32,000 nt of DNA from Breznakia blatticola (GTDB lineage Bacteria > Bacillota_I > Bacilli_A > Erysipelotrichales > Erysipelotrichaceae), in NCBI RefSeq assembly GCF_004365815.1, contig NZ_SODD01000009.1, positions 30,001 through 62,000 on the forward strand. Reading direction: 5' to 3'. Below the pieces are notes generated by a model. It was not told the DNA's origin. It did no database searches and saw only the letters and a list, made by a program, of their open reading frames with translations. The position numbers and the translations under genes are program-made. Shown piece after piece: positions 1 to 8,512 of this stretch. Position 1 is the stretch's first letter; every line of letters begins with the position of its first letter.

Positions 1-118
1 CGTCTGAAACTTCAGATATATGAAGTAGACCATTGTGATTGTCATCAATTCTTACAAATGCCCCATATGGTTGAATTCCTGTGATTACCCCTTCAACTAC
101 ATCTCCTACTTGATACAA
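1..118 (-). CDS. S1 RNA-binding domain protein (N-terminal part; gene continues beyond the left edge)
   Basis: Minus-strand translation from TTG at 118 gives (M)YQVGDVVEGVITGIQPYGAFVRIDDNHNGLLHISEVSD, a typical start of an S1/OB-fold domain (YugI/GSP13/CvfD-like). A GGAGGT Shine-Dalgarno (126-131) lies 7 nt upstream. It is absent from the ORF track because it runs off the window. Confidence 0.75.
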   Translation of the reverse strand, partial: MYQVGDVVEGVITGIQPYGAFVRIDDNHNGLLHISEVSD

Positions 119-190
119 TAGCGTTACCTCCTATGAGAAACATTATATCACAAACAACTCACAAAAAAATAAGGAATAGAAAGCAAACCT

Positions 191-219
191 CTATTATTTT
201 TTATAAAACATGCTATAAT
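191..219 (+). promoter_or_regulatory. Putative extended -10 promoter of the NifU-like gene
   Basis: TGcTATAAT (211-219) lies about 30 nt upstream of the ATG at 249. The -35 region (CTATTA, 191-196) is weak. Confidence 0.4.
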
Positions 220-248
220 ACATCTCAGTAGATAAAGAGGTGTATAGT

Positions 249-497
249 ATGGCAACTAAAAAAGAAGAAGAGATTATTGCTGTTATCAATAAAATGCGTC
301 CTTACATCCAAAGAGATGGTGGAGACGTTGAATTTTCGAAATTTGAAGACGGCGTAGTATATGTCAAAATGTCAGGTGCTTGTATGGACTGTTTAGCCCT
401 TGATGATACAATTACATTTGGTATTGAAGCAATGCTAAAAGACGAAGTTGAAGGCGTTAATGAAGTTCAAGTTGAACAAACAGAAATGCATTTCTAA
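249..497 (+). CDS. NifU-like (Nfu C-terminal domain) Fe-S cluster assembly protein
   Basis: The translation MATKKEEEIIAVINKMRPYIQRDGGDVEF...SGACMDCLALDDTITFGIEAMLKDEV carries the Nfu-type CxxC motif and IRP.l..DGGD signature. I prefer the ATG at 249 (AAAGAGG SD at 234-240, 8 nt spacing) over the GTG at 240 used by the ORF track. Confidence 0.85.
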   Translation: MATKKEEEIIAVINKMRPYIQRDGGDVEFSKFEDGVVYVKMSGACMDCLALDDTITFGIEAMLKDEVEGVNEVQVEQTEMHF

Positions 498-522
498 GCA
501 ACCGAAAGGTTGCTTTTTTTGT
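498..522 (+). terminator. Rho-independent terminator of the NifU-like gene
   Basis: Hairpin AGCAACC-GAAA-GGTTGCT (498-515) is followed by T7 (516-522), directly after the stop codon. Confidence 0.8.
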
Positions 523-548
523 ACAATAAAAGAAGTCAAATGACTTCT
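523..548 (-). terminator. Putative terminator of ktrBA
   Basis: Hairpin AGAAGTC-AAAT-GACTTCT (531-548) overlaps the ktrA stop codon. On the minus strand it is followed by the U-rich stretch TTTATTGT. Confidence 0.45.
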
Positions 549-1210
549 TAAATTAAATCTAAATTTTGAATCACATTAATGTGTGCAATCACAACAAGTC
601 GATCATCAGCTTCAAGAATATATGAAGGATCTGGTGTAATGTTTAGTTTTTCATGAAACTTACGAATTCCTAGTACATTAACACCTAGTTTGTTGCGTAA
701 ATCTAAATCAACTAATGACTTACCAACCCAGTGATTTGGTACTTTGATTTCAACGATTGAATATTCTTCATCAAGACTAATTTGATTGACGATATCATTA
801 TTGATGAGTAAGTTTGCAGTAAGTGTCCCCATCGCTTTTTCTGGGCGAATAACTTTATGTGCACCTACTTTGCGTAACACCATTTCAAAGCGTTTATTTT
901 TTGCTTTTGCTATTACCTGAGGCACACCAAGTTCTAAACAGTTTAATAAGCTCATAACGCTTACTTCTAGTTGTGTACCAACAGCAATTACTGCTACATC
1001 GCAATCTGCTACTCCTGCAGCTGTAAGTGCATCTAAATCTGTAATATCTTCACGAATTGCAACTGAGACAATGTCTTCAAGTCGTTCAACTGCTTCCTGG
1101 TCACGATCAATTGCAATAACTTCAATTCCGTGATTACTTAACGTTTTTGCGACAGTCGATCCAAAGACACCAAGTCCTAATACTGCTACTTGTTTAATTT
1201 TCTTTTCCAT
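548..1210 (-). CDS. ktrA: Potassium uptake protein KtrA/TrkA, peripheral NAD-binding (RCK) subunit
   Basis: The N-terminal Rossmann motif VAVLGLGVFGSTVA, TrkA-N plus TrkA-C architecture and 220 aa length fit KtrA. It lies 7 nt downstream of the ktrB membrane subunit gene. Confidence 0.9.
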   Translation of the reverse strand: MEKKIKQVAVLGLGVFGSTVAKTLSNHGIEVIAIDRDQEAVERLEDIVSVAIREDITDLDALTAAGVADCDVAVIAVGTQLEVSVMSLLNCLELGVPQVIAKAKNKRFEMVLRKVGAHKVIRPEKAMGTLTANLLINNDIVNQISLDEEYSIVEIKVPNHWVGKSLVDLDLRNKLGVNVLGIRKFHEKLNITPDPSYILEADDRLVVIAHINVIQNLDLI

Positions 1211-1217
1211 ATAGCTC

Positions 1218-2603
1218 CTATCCGATCATCAAACGCCCTTCAGCGTATTCGATATCTTTATGTTTATCTTCTCTAATAATAGAAGACAAGAATGTGATAA
1301 TACCAATTCTACCTACATACATCAAAGTAATAATTATCAGTTTTCCTAAAATTGGTAAACTTGCTGTAATTCCTAAACTCAAGCCCACTGTTGCCATTGC
1401 AGATACTGCTTCAAACATAATGGCTAGTAAACTAAAATCGGTTGCTGATGATAATATCATTATCCCAGTAAAAAGAAATAAGAAATTAAGTGTGAATACA
1501 TTTAGTGCACTGGCAACCGTTTGTAAGGAAAGTGTTCGATGGAAGACACTTGTTTTTGTATGTCCTCTTAAACTGCGAATAACAAAGATTGCAATAACTG
1601 CAAACGTTGTCGTTTTAATACCACCGGCAGTACCTCCAGGAGATCCTCCGATAAACATTGTCACAATCATCATAAATGCGGTTGGTTCATAGATTTTAGT
1701 ATAATCAATCGTTGAAAAACCTGCCGTACGTAGTGTAACTGAGTTAAATAACGAAGCAGATATCTTTCCATCAAAACTAAGTGCTCCTAGTGTATTTGGA
1801 TTGTTGTATTCATTAATGAAAATAAATAGTGCAGGCACAAAAATTAAGATAATTGTCATAATAAAAACAAGTTTTGTTTGTAGATTTAAACGCTTTATGA
1901 ATTGTTTAAATGGAATATGTTGTTTTGTTAGCAAATGCATTTTATCACGAACATCAAAGTACACGATAAAACCAAGTCCCCCACTAATAATAAGTCCCAT
2001 AACAACAAGATTGACTAATGGTTGACTTACATATGGTGCTAAATTGACAGTTCCTACAAGGTCAAATCCTGCATTACAGAAAGCTGAGATAGCTGTGAAT
2101 ATAGACCAAAATAAACCTCGTACAATTCCTTGTTCAGGAACAAACACAAATGCAAGTAGTAAAGCACCAACAAGTTCAAAACTAAATGTATATTTCACAA
2201 TACGAAATAGATATGCTTTGTAGTTTACGACTTGTTTTTGACCAAGTGCTTCTCTCATTGCGACTTTGTTTTGTACTGACAAGCGATTCTTTAATCCTAA
2301 ATGAATAGTTGCAACTAAAGTCATTAATCCTAAACCACCAATTTGAATGAGTAGCATAAGTACAACTTGTCCAAATACCGTTAACTGTACGGCTGGAAAA
2401 TAGACAACTAAACCAGTTACACAAACTGCACTTGTTGCAGTAAAAAGTGCATCAATGAAAGTAATACTTGTACCTGGTTGATTTGCAATTGGCAGTGTTA
2501 ATAAACATGCGCCTATGAAAATAACCACAAAGAAACTAATTGCAATTTTCTTTGTTGGAGATAGTCCAGACATAGTCACAATCTTATATAATTTATGTTT
2601 CAT
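1218..2603 (-). CDS. ktrB: Potassium transporter KtrB/TrkH family membrane subunit
   Basis: This 461 aa polytopic membrane protein has the repeated pore-loop Gly motifs typical of KtrB/TrkH (TAVCVTGL, CNAGFD, RTAGFST, ATVGLSLG). It is paired with ktrA. An alternative start is M11 (ATG 2573). Confidence 0.9.
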   Translation of the reverse strand: MKHKLYKIVTMSGLSPTKKIAISFFVVIFIGACLLTLPIANQPGTSITFIDALFTATSAVCVTGLVVYFPAVQLTVFGQVVLMLLIQIGGLGLMTLVATIHLGLKNRLSVQNKVAMREALGQKQVVNYKAYLFRIVKYTFSFELVGALLLAFVFVPEQGIVRGLFWSIFTAISAFCNAGFDLVGTVNLAPYVSQPLVNLVVMGLIISGGLGFIVYFDVRDKMHLLTKQHIPFKQFIKRLNLQTKLVFIMTIILIFVPALFIFINEYNNPNTLGALSFDGKISASLFNSVTLRTAGFSTIDYTKIYEPTAFMMIVTMFIGGSPGGTAGGIKTTTFAVIAIFVIRSLRGHTKTSVFHRTLSLQTVASALNVFTLNFLFLFTGIMILSSATDFSLLAIMFEAVSAMATVGLSLGITASLPILGKLIIITLMYVGRIGIITFLSSIIREDKHKDIEYAEGRLMIG

Positions 2604-2610
2604 AAAATAT

Positions 2611-2638
2611 ATTATACCCCTTCCCAGTTTTTATACAA
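2611..2638 (-). promoter_or_regulatory. Putative sigma-A promoter of ktrBA
   Basis: On the minus strand TTGTAT (2638-2633), a 16 nt spacer and TATAAT (2616-2611). Only 7 nt (ATATTTT) separate the -10 element from the ktrB ATG at 2603. Confidence 0.5.
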
Positions 2639-2656
2639 CCATAGTTGAGCCATATT

Positions 2657-2680
2657 TAAAAAAAGCGACATCGTGTCGCT
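2657..2680 (-). terminator. Rho-independent terminator of rubrerythrin gene
   Basis: Hairpin AGCGACA-TCG-TGTCGCT (2664-2680) is followed on the minus strand by T7 (complement of the A-run 2657-2663). It lies 16 nt after the rbr stop. Confidence 0.8.
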
Positions 2681-2696
2681 TTATTGTTGTACTAGC

Positions 2697-3263
2697 TTAG
2701 AATTCTTCTTCAAAAATTTCGTAGTGAGCACGTGGGTGATCACATGTTGGGCAAATTTCTGGAGCTTCTTTTCCAACTGTAATATGTCCACAGTTTGTAC
2801 AAATCCAAACTTTTTCTTCAGATTTACTGAATACTGTGTTTTCTTCTACATTTTTAAGTAACTCTAAGTAACGTTCTTCGTGACGTTTTTCAATGTCACC
2901 AACACTTCTAAATCGTTCAGCGATTTGGTGCAATCCTTCCGCATCTGCTGTTTCGGCAAATCCTTTATACATGTCTGTCCACTCGTAGTTTTCACCAGCG
3001 GCAGCATCTTTCAAGTTCCATGCTGTATCTTTTACAGCACCATCATGTAACATTTTAAACCAAACTTTCGCATGTTCATGTTCATTGTGTGCAGTTTCAT
3101 TAAAGATATTTTGAATTTGCACATATCCATCACTCTTTGCTTTTGAAGCATAGAATGTATATTTAATTGATGCTTTAGATTCCCCTGCAAACGCTGTTTG
3201 TAAGTTTTCTTCCGTTTTGGTTCCTTTCAACTTTTTAAGATCAGACATTTCTGCTATTTTCAT
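2697..3263 (-). CDS. rbr: Rubrerythrin
   Basis: The N-terminal ferritin-like di-iron domain has paired E...ExxH motifs ([21 protein letters not shown]). The C-terminal rubredoxin-like CTNCGH...CPTCDH motif is present. An AGGAGG SD lies 9 nt upstream of the ATG. Confidence 0.93.
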   Translation of the reverse strand: MKIAEMSDLKKLKGTKTEENLQTAFAGESKASIKYTFYASKAKSDGYVQIQNIFNETAHNEHEHAKVWFKMLHDGAVKDTAWNLKDAAAGENYEWTDMYKGFAETADAEGLHQIAERFRSVGDIEKRHEERYLELLKNVEENTVFSKSEEKVWICTNCGHITVGKEAPEICPTCDHPRAHYEIFEEEF

Positions 3264-3342
3264 ATTTCCGTTCCTCCTATATGTTATCTTAATTAAAACA
3301 CTTTATATATATACTATCAAGTATGACGCACACGAAGAGTGT

Positions 3343-3375
3343 AAAAAAAATGAGAACCCATTATAGAGTCCTCAT
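3343..3375 (-). terminator. Rho-independent terminator of pfkA-pyk
   Basis: The minus-strand RNA AUGAGGAC-N10-GUUCUCAU forms 8 bp including one G-U. It is followed by U8 (complement of the A-run 3343-3350), 15 nt after the pyk stop. Confidence 0.75.
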
Positions 3376-3389
3376 TCAATTAAAATGAA

Positions 3390-4802
3390 TTATTCAACTT
3401 CGATAATACGCATTGAGTTTGTTGCTCCTGATCCATGTGGATATCCAGCAACAACGATGATTGTATCACCTTTTTTGCATCCGAATTCTTTAGCAACATC
3501 ACTTGCTAATTCTGATTCGTTATCTAAGTTATTTACTTTATCAACAACCATAGCGTTTACACCCCAGTTGATTGTTAATGCATGACGAGTTCTTTCGTCG
3601 AATGTTGCAGCTAAAATTGGGCAATCTGGACGGAATTTAGAAATACGTCTAGCACTTGTTCCACTTGATGTGAAACATACGATTGCTGCAATATCCATTG
3701 CAAGTACTGTATCTGCTACGGCAATACCAATAGCATCAGATTTTGTACGTTTAGAAGTACTAATTGAAGTACGTAATTTTTCACGGTAAGGTAAAATTGC
3801 TTCCATACCTTCAGAAATTGTAACCATTGTTTGTACAGCTTCAATTGGGTACATACCAACAGCACTTTCTCCTGAAAGCATAATTGCATCAGTTCCATCC
3901 AATACAGCATTGGCAACATCACTTGCTTCAGCACGTGTTGGACGTGGATTTTGTTGCATTGATTCTAACATGTGTGTTGCAGTAACAACTGGTTTTCCGT
4001 ATGCGTTTGCTCTTTTAATCATTTCTTTTTGGTAAATAGGAACTTTCTCAAAGCTTACATCGACTCCAAGGTCACCACGAGCAACCATGATTCCATCAGC
4101 AACTTGTAAGATTTCATCCAAGTTGTCATATCCTTCTTGGTTTTCAATCTTAGCAATAATATGAATGTCTTCTTGACCTTCTTCTTTTAAGATTTTACGG
4201 ATGTCCATGATGTCATCTTTACGACGTGTAAATGATGCAGCAATGTAATCCACTTTGTTTTTACATCCAAAACGAATGTCGTTAGCATCTTTTTCAGATA
4301 CGAATGGCATACTTAATTTAACATTTGGAACGTTACATCCTTTTTTGCTTTTAAGTACTCCAGGGTTTTCTACACGACAAACCAATTCTCCATCTTTTTT
4401 TTCAAGAATTGTTAAACGTACTTTTCCATCATCGATTAAGAATGTTCCACCTTCTTGAACATCATCAAATACTTCTGGACATTGTACATGTACACGGTCG
4501 TGTGTTCCTAAAATCGGTTCACGAACAAGTGTTACGATATCTCCTGCTTTGTAGCTTTCTTGACCATTTTTGAAATCTCCTAAACGAATTTCTGGTCCTT
4601 TTGTATCCAATAAGATTCCGATATTTGAATCTAATTCTTCGTTTACTTTACGGATGTTTTTAATTCTGTTTCCGTGTTCTTCATAATCACCATGAGAGAA
4701 GTTTAAACGTGAAATGTTCATTCCTGTCTCTACTAGTTTTTTAAGCATTTCTGGACTTTCTGTAGCCGGTCCAATCGTACAAATAATTTTCGTCTTTTTC
4801 AT
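3390..4802 (-). CDS. pyk: Pyruvate kinase
   Basis: MKKTKIICTIGPATESPEMLKKLVETGMNISRLNFSHGD... and MVARGDLGVD are canonical pyruvate kinase signatures. The protein is 470 aa and lacks a C-terminal PEP-utiliser extension. The gene follows pfkA as in the Firmicute pfkA-pyk operon. Confidence 0.97.
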   Translation of the reverse strand: MKKTKIICTIGPATESPEMLKKLVETGMNISRLNFSHGDYEEHGNRIKNIRKVNEELDSNIGILLDTKGPEIRLGDFKNGQESYKAGDIVTLVREPILGTHDRVHVQCPEVFDDVQEGGTFLIDDGKVRLTILEKKDGELVCRVENPGVLKSKKGCNVPNVKLSMPFVSEKDANDIRFGCKNKVDYIAASFTRRKDDIMDIRKILKEEGQEDIHIIAKIENQEGYDNLDEILQVADGIMVARGDLGVDVSFEKVPIYQKEMIKRANAYGKPVVTATHMLESMQQNPRPTRAEASDVANAVLDGTDAIMLSGESAVGMYPIEAVQTMVTISEGMEAILPYREKLRTSISTSKRTKSDAIGIAVADTVLAMDIAAIVCFTSSGTSARRISKFRPDCPILAATFDERTRHALTINWGVNAMVVDKVNNLDNESELASDVAKEFGCKKGDTIIVVAGYPHGSGATNSMRIIEVE

Positions 4803-4818
4803 TTTTTCTTACCTCACC

Positions 4819-5781
4819 TTATACTAAACGATCGAATAAATTTTGTAATTCTTTTCTTGATTTTGCTGGCATGTTAAGTGCTTCTTCAATCGGTACACCA
4901 ACAATATTACCTGATTGCGTCCCAACGCACTGACCACCAATACCTTGCATCAGTAGATCGACAGCTTTCTCACCCATGCGAGATGCTAAAATACGATCAG
5001 CAGGTACAGGAGATCCTCCACGTTGAACGTGCCCAAGAATAGTTGCCCTACCAGAAAATCCGGTATGTTGTGAGACCTTACGCGCAAAAACTTCTACATC
5101 TGTAATTTTCTCAGAGATAATTACCAATGCATGGTTTTTCTTCTTCACAACATCAAACTCACGCAAGCGGTCTAACACTTCACCTTCATCAAATCCTGTT
5201 TCACTAGTTATGACAATTTCCGCACCTGTAGAAATCCCTGCAAATAATGCAAGGTCACCACAACGGTTTCCCATAACTTCGACAACAGAACAACGATGGT
5301 GTGAACTTGATGTGTCACGTAACTTATCGACGGCATCAACAATGGTCGTTAGTGCGGTATTAAACCCGATGGTTTCATCCGTACTGGAAATATCATTGTC
5401 GATTGTCCCAGGTAGACCGATACAGTTAATACCCATTTCGGTCAAGGCTAAAGCTCCTCTGTAACTACCATCCCCACCGATGACAACTACTGCTTCAATT
5501 CCGAATTTTTTAAGCTGCTCGACAGCTTTTTCTCTCACTTCGAGGCTTTTGAACTCAGGAAGTCTTGCAGACCCCAGCATTGTTCCTCCACGGTCAAGTA
5601 TGTCAGATACATCACGACGTGTAAGTGGTTGGATTTTTCCTTCCACCATTCCGCGGTATCCATCATAAATTCCGTAGACTTCAATACCGATATTCGTTGC
5701 AACTCTTGTGACTGCACGAATCGCAGCATTCATTCCTGGTGCATCACCACCAGATGTGAGTACGCCAATTCTTTTTACCAT
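4819..5781 (-). CDS. pfkA: ATP-dependent 6-phosphofructokinase
   Basis: MVKRIGVLTSGGDAPGMNAAIRAV... and GGDGSY, PGTIDND are canonical PfkA motifs. I prefer the ATG at 5781 (GGGGAG SD, 7 nt spacing) over the GTG at 5796, which lies inside that SD. Confidence 0.96.
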   Translation of the reverse strand: MVKRIGVLTSGGDAPGMNAAIRAVTRVATNIGIEVYGIYDGYRGMVEGKIQPLTRRDVSDILDRGGTMLGSARLPEFKSLEVREKAVEQLKKFGIEAVVVIGGDGSYRGALALTEMGINCIGLPGTIDNDISSTDETIGFNTALTTIVDAVDKLRDTSSSHHRCSVVEVMGNRCGDLALFAGISTGAEIVITSETGFDEGEVLDRLREFDVVKKKNHALVIISEKITDVEVFARKVSQHTGFSGRATILGHVQRGGSPVPADRILASRMGEKAVDLLMQGIGGQCVGTQSGNIVGVPIEEALNMPAKSRKELQNLFDRLV

Positions 5782-5849
5782 AATTGCACTCCCCACTGAT
5801 TAAAAATCACTACTAATATACCACTTATCTTCAATAATATCTAGTGTAT

Positions 5850-6761
5850 CTATCGGCGATTTTTACCTTTCACGACTTTTTCCTCAGCCAACATCTTAAT
5901 TCGCTCACTAATTCGCAAAGCACCGAGCTCATTATTGACTGATTTCTTACCTAAACTATAGAATTCTTCGAGTTTATCCATCGCACAATTACTTGTGAAT
6001 ATCGTTAAGCGATGTGCTTCCATTCGCTCATTTAATATTGGCAACAGGATATCGTCTCGCGACCAAGATGATGCACTTTCTCCAGCAATATCATCAAGTG
6101 CTAAGACCTCTACTTTTTTTAATTTCTCAATCACATGTCCATATCCATGCGGTGTATTCATCAATGTTTTTAAATTCGCAATCAGTGTTGGCACATGCAC
6201 AAATGCACAGCGCTTTCCTCTAGTTGCCATTTCATTGATAAAACAACACATCAAATAGGTTTTTCCAACACCTGGTAAACCACTTAGATAAAATCCTTGT
6301 GGATCACTGATCGTGCTTCGACGTTCGACATAATTAGCAACTGCTAAATATGGTCCACTTTCGTTTGCAATATCGATATTGGTAAAACGATATCCCATTT
6401 GTTCAATTGACATATCATTGTAAATTAACTTGTTTTGGTGTGCAGTTTGACGTTCAATTTTGCTTTCATAACGACATGCTACATACTCATAGTCTAATAT
6501 ACCATCATTTGCACTTACTTCAAGCAAATAGCCTGTATTTGGCTGTTTACAGTGACTTAAGCCTACACAATCACGACATTGGTCAAGTCGAGCAACATAA
6601 TCTTTTAGTGTATATGCATTTTGTAAAACAAACTCATAGTCGACTTTATATGTTGCAAGAAAGCGTTGAATTCGTTCATCTTTAATTAAACTTTGTGCTA
6701 GAAACTCACGTTCTTTGCGTTGTAGTTCATCTTCTTTTAATTGAAAACTAACTTTCTCCAT
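5850..6761 (-). CDS. dnaI: Primosomal helicase loader DnaI
   Basis: The N-terminal Cys-rich zinc module (CRDCVGLSHC...C), the AAA+ Walker A motif GLPGVGKTYL and a DD Walker B motif are present. The gene follows dnaB as in Bacillus. An AGGAGG SD lies 7 nt upstream. Confidence 0.9.
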   Translation of the reverse strand: MEKVSFQLKEDELQRKEREFLAQSLIKDERIQRFLATYKVDYEFVLQNAYTLKDYVARLDQCRDCVGLSHCKQPNTGYLLEVSANDGILDYEYVACRYESKIERQTAHQNKLIYNDMSIEQMGYRFTNIDIANESGPYLAVANYVERRSTISDPQGFYLSGLPGVGKTYLMCCFINEMATRGKRCAFVHVPTLIANLKTLMNTPHGYGHVIEKLKKVEVLALDDIAGESASSWSRDDILLPILNERMEAHRLTIFTSNCAMDKLEEFYSLGKKSVNNELGALRISERIKMLAEEKVVKGKNRR

Positions 6762-7914
6762 TTGCTAACCTCCTTTGTCGTATTTCTTCAATCAAGCGTT
6801 GACGTTCATCTTCACTCATTGTATCTTCCTCATCATATGAGATTAATACTTTTTCATCTTTAGTTGTTTTTGTTGGATTATGCATATATGCAACTGCTTG
6901 TTCGTAGGTTTCAATATTACTACGTAACCAAGAACCAGCAACACTCTCTACGAAATTCCGTGGGAATCTCTGATTTGCTTTTTGCAACACATAATCGATA
7001 AGCACATTAACAACCTCTGGGTGTAATTTATACTCTTCTAATAAAATACGAATCGTTTCACGATCATAACGACTTACCTCAACACCCTTTTGTTTATTTT
7101 GTAGGAATCGAACAGGTGGCCACTTGTAGATGTTTACCTCATCTGTTTCGTATTTTGCTTTACTATTTGCAGCACGCTTACGCATCGCTTCTACATCAAG
7201 GTTTCCATCTTTATCAAGTGAACGTGAGACGATTCCACGCATCGTTTGCGGATGAATTCCATATAGTGTAGCAACACGTCCAATTTCCTTTAATAGTTTA
7301 GCAGAACGCTTCTTTGGTGGCCATACATTTTTAAAATTCAACAAGAATGCATCATAGTTGAAGATAATTTCACTGCCATCCCGTTGTTCTTGAATTTCTT
7401 CTTGCATTTGACTAAAGGTATTTTCAAAGTGTTCATTCCAACCTTCTCGAATTACATCACTAATACATTCAGAGATATCTTCATATTCTTGCTTACGTAA
7501 GCTTTCTTGTAAGAAGGCTTGTTTTTGAAAGCGAAAGACTTGTTCTCCTAGTAAATCTAGATACATACGTCCAAATACTTCATGTTCCAAAAACTCTGTT
7601 GGTTTTTTTGGTGGATATAGTTCATAAATGTATCGATCTAGTTTTTGCGAATAGTATGTTTTTAGTAATTGATATTTTTCAAGTACTTTACGTTCACGCT
7701 CAATAACTTCAATGCTTAAACCACTTACTTTAACTAAGATTAAATGATTATCAAAACTCATCTTTTCATCAGCTAAAGCTGCCATCATTTCATACAACAA
7801 ATACGCGCTTTCATGAATCAAAGGATAATAAAGCATAGTTAAAACATGGTAATCACGTCGTTCGATTTTGCCATGGATCTCGATTTGCAATTTACTATCT
7901 TCACGTAATGTCAT
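6748..7914 (-). CDS. dnaB: Replication initiation and membrane attachment protein DnaB (DnaD-like family, not the replicative helicase)
   Basis: This 388 aa protein has an N-terminal region like Firmicute DnaB and a C-terminal DnaB_2/DnaD-like region (YKWPPVRF...VNVLIDYVL...SWLRSNI). It sits between coaE and dnaI and overlaps each neighbour by 14 nt. Confidence 0.8.
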   Translation of the reverse strand: MTLREDSKLQIEIHGKIERRDYHVLTMLYYPLIHESAYLLYEMMAALADEKMSFDNHLILVKVSGLSIEVIERERKVLEKYQLLKTYYSQKLDRYIYELYPPKKPTEFLEHEVFGRMYLDLLGEQVFRFQKQAFLQESLRKQEYEDISECISDVIREGWNEHFENTFSQMQEEIQEQRDGSEIIFNYDAFLLNFKNVWPPKKRSAKLLKEIGRVATLYGIHPQTMRGIVSRSLDKDGNLDVEAMRKRAANSKAKYETDEVNIYKWPPVRFLQNKQKGVEVSRYDRETIRILLEEYKLHPEVVNVLIDYVLQKANQRFPRNFVESVAGSWLRSNIETYEQAVAYMHNPTKTTKDEKVLISYDEEDTMSEDERQRLIEEIRQRRLANGES

Positions 7915-8512
7915 AACTACCTCTACTTTCTAATAATTCATCCAATTGACAAAATACATCATCACCTGGATTGTTGTATATATATGCACTTACTTGTTGA
8001 GTATTGGGCATAAACTTCTTTTGTGCACTCAATACTGTATTTGCATATTCTTTTGAATATCCTCTTTGTTTCATCAATCGTTCAATAGCAACTGCATCAT
8101 CACAAGTCACAATCCATACTTCATCAAAATAGACTTCCCAACCAAATTCATGGACATTTGCTACTTCAACTACACAAATAGGTGCATGTGTATGTTTTTT
8201 AAAGAATGCTTGCATTTCAACTAATACTTTTGGATGAATGAAACTTTCCAATTGTCTTTTTGCTTGTTTGCTAGCAAACACAATGTTTCCTAATTTTTTT
8301 CGATCAATTTCATCATTTGTTAGAATGTCTTGCCCAAAAGCTTCAACAATTTCAGCTTTTGCTTGTGTATCACGAATATGTGCAGCCACTTCATCTAGAC
8401 AAAGCACAGGCACACCTCGCTCTTTCAATATATTGGAAATATACGTTTTTCCTGAACCAATGGTTCCACTAATGACAACTTTTCTCATTTGCGTTTTTGA
8501 CACGTACGACAT
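7901..8512 (-). CDS. coaE: Dephospho-CoA kinase
   Basis: The P-loop VVISGTIGSGKTYI is followed by a CoaE-like fold. The start is ambiguous. ATG 8512 has a GGGGGA SD at 7 nt, but it lies 28 nt inside mutM. ATG 8488 gives the textbook N-terminus MRKVVISGTIGSGKT and forms an ATGA overlap with the mutM stop. Confidence 0.88.
   Translation of the reverse strand: MSYVSKTQMRKVVISGTIGSGKTYISNILKERGVPVLCLDEVAAHIRDTQAKAEIVEAFGQDILTNDEIDRKKLGNIVFASKQAKRQLESFIHPKVLVEMQAFFKKHTHAPICVVEVANVHEFGWEVYFDEVWIVTCDDAVAIERLMKQRGYSKEYANTVLSAQKKFMPNTQQVSAYIYNNPGDDVFCQLDELLESRGSYDIT

Noticed and set aside
240-248. Longer ORF-track starts: GTG 240 (NifU-like), GTG 5796 (pfkA), GTG 11928 (polA), ATG 15896 (leuB).
   Set aside because: In each case a downstream ATG has a properly spaced Shine-Dalgarno and reproduces the canonical family N-terminus. 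The upstream codon lies within or too close to that SD, or deep inside the preceding gene.
1294-1692. ORF-track entries on the strand opposite to, or in alternative frames of, well-supported genes. These are 1294-1692, 1801-2025, 2182-2424, 2515-2861, 3385-3585, 3716-3934, 4255-4458, 5210-5729, 5995-6685, 8238-9099, 10056-10244, 11216-11512, 13438-13638, 14054-14242, 15548-15766, 16156-16536, 16688-17530, 18224-18939, 19297-19746, 20066-21336, 22545-23140, 24094-24336, 25020-25762, 26529-27005, 27347-27853, 30215-30400 and 30785-31014.
   Set aside because: These are shadow ORFs inside strongly supported genes. They have low-complexity or Ser/Leu/Ile/Phe-rich translations, no SD sequences and no recognisable motifs.
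2604-2696. Looked for a c-di-AMP (ydaO/kimA-type) riboswitch upstream of ktrB.
   Set aside because: Only about 55 nt lie between the rbr terminator and the ktrB ATG. That is far too short, and none of the conserved ydaO core elements are present.
3264-3342. Looked for a PerR/Fur-type box (TTATAATNATTATAA-like) in the rubrerythrin promoter region.
   Set aside because: The best candidate, TTTAATTAAGATAAC, matches the consensus poorly. The region is simply AT-rich with TA repeats, so no call was made.
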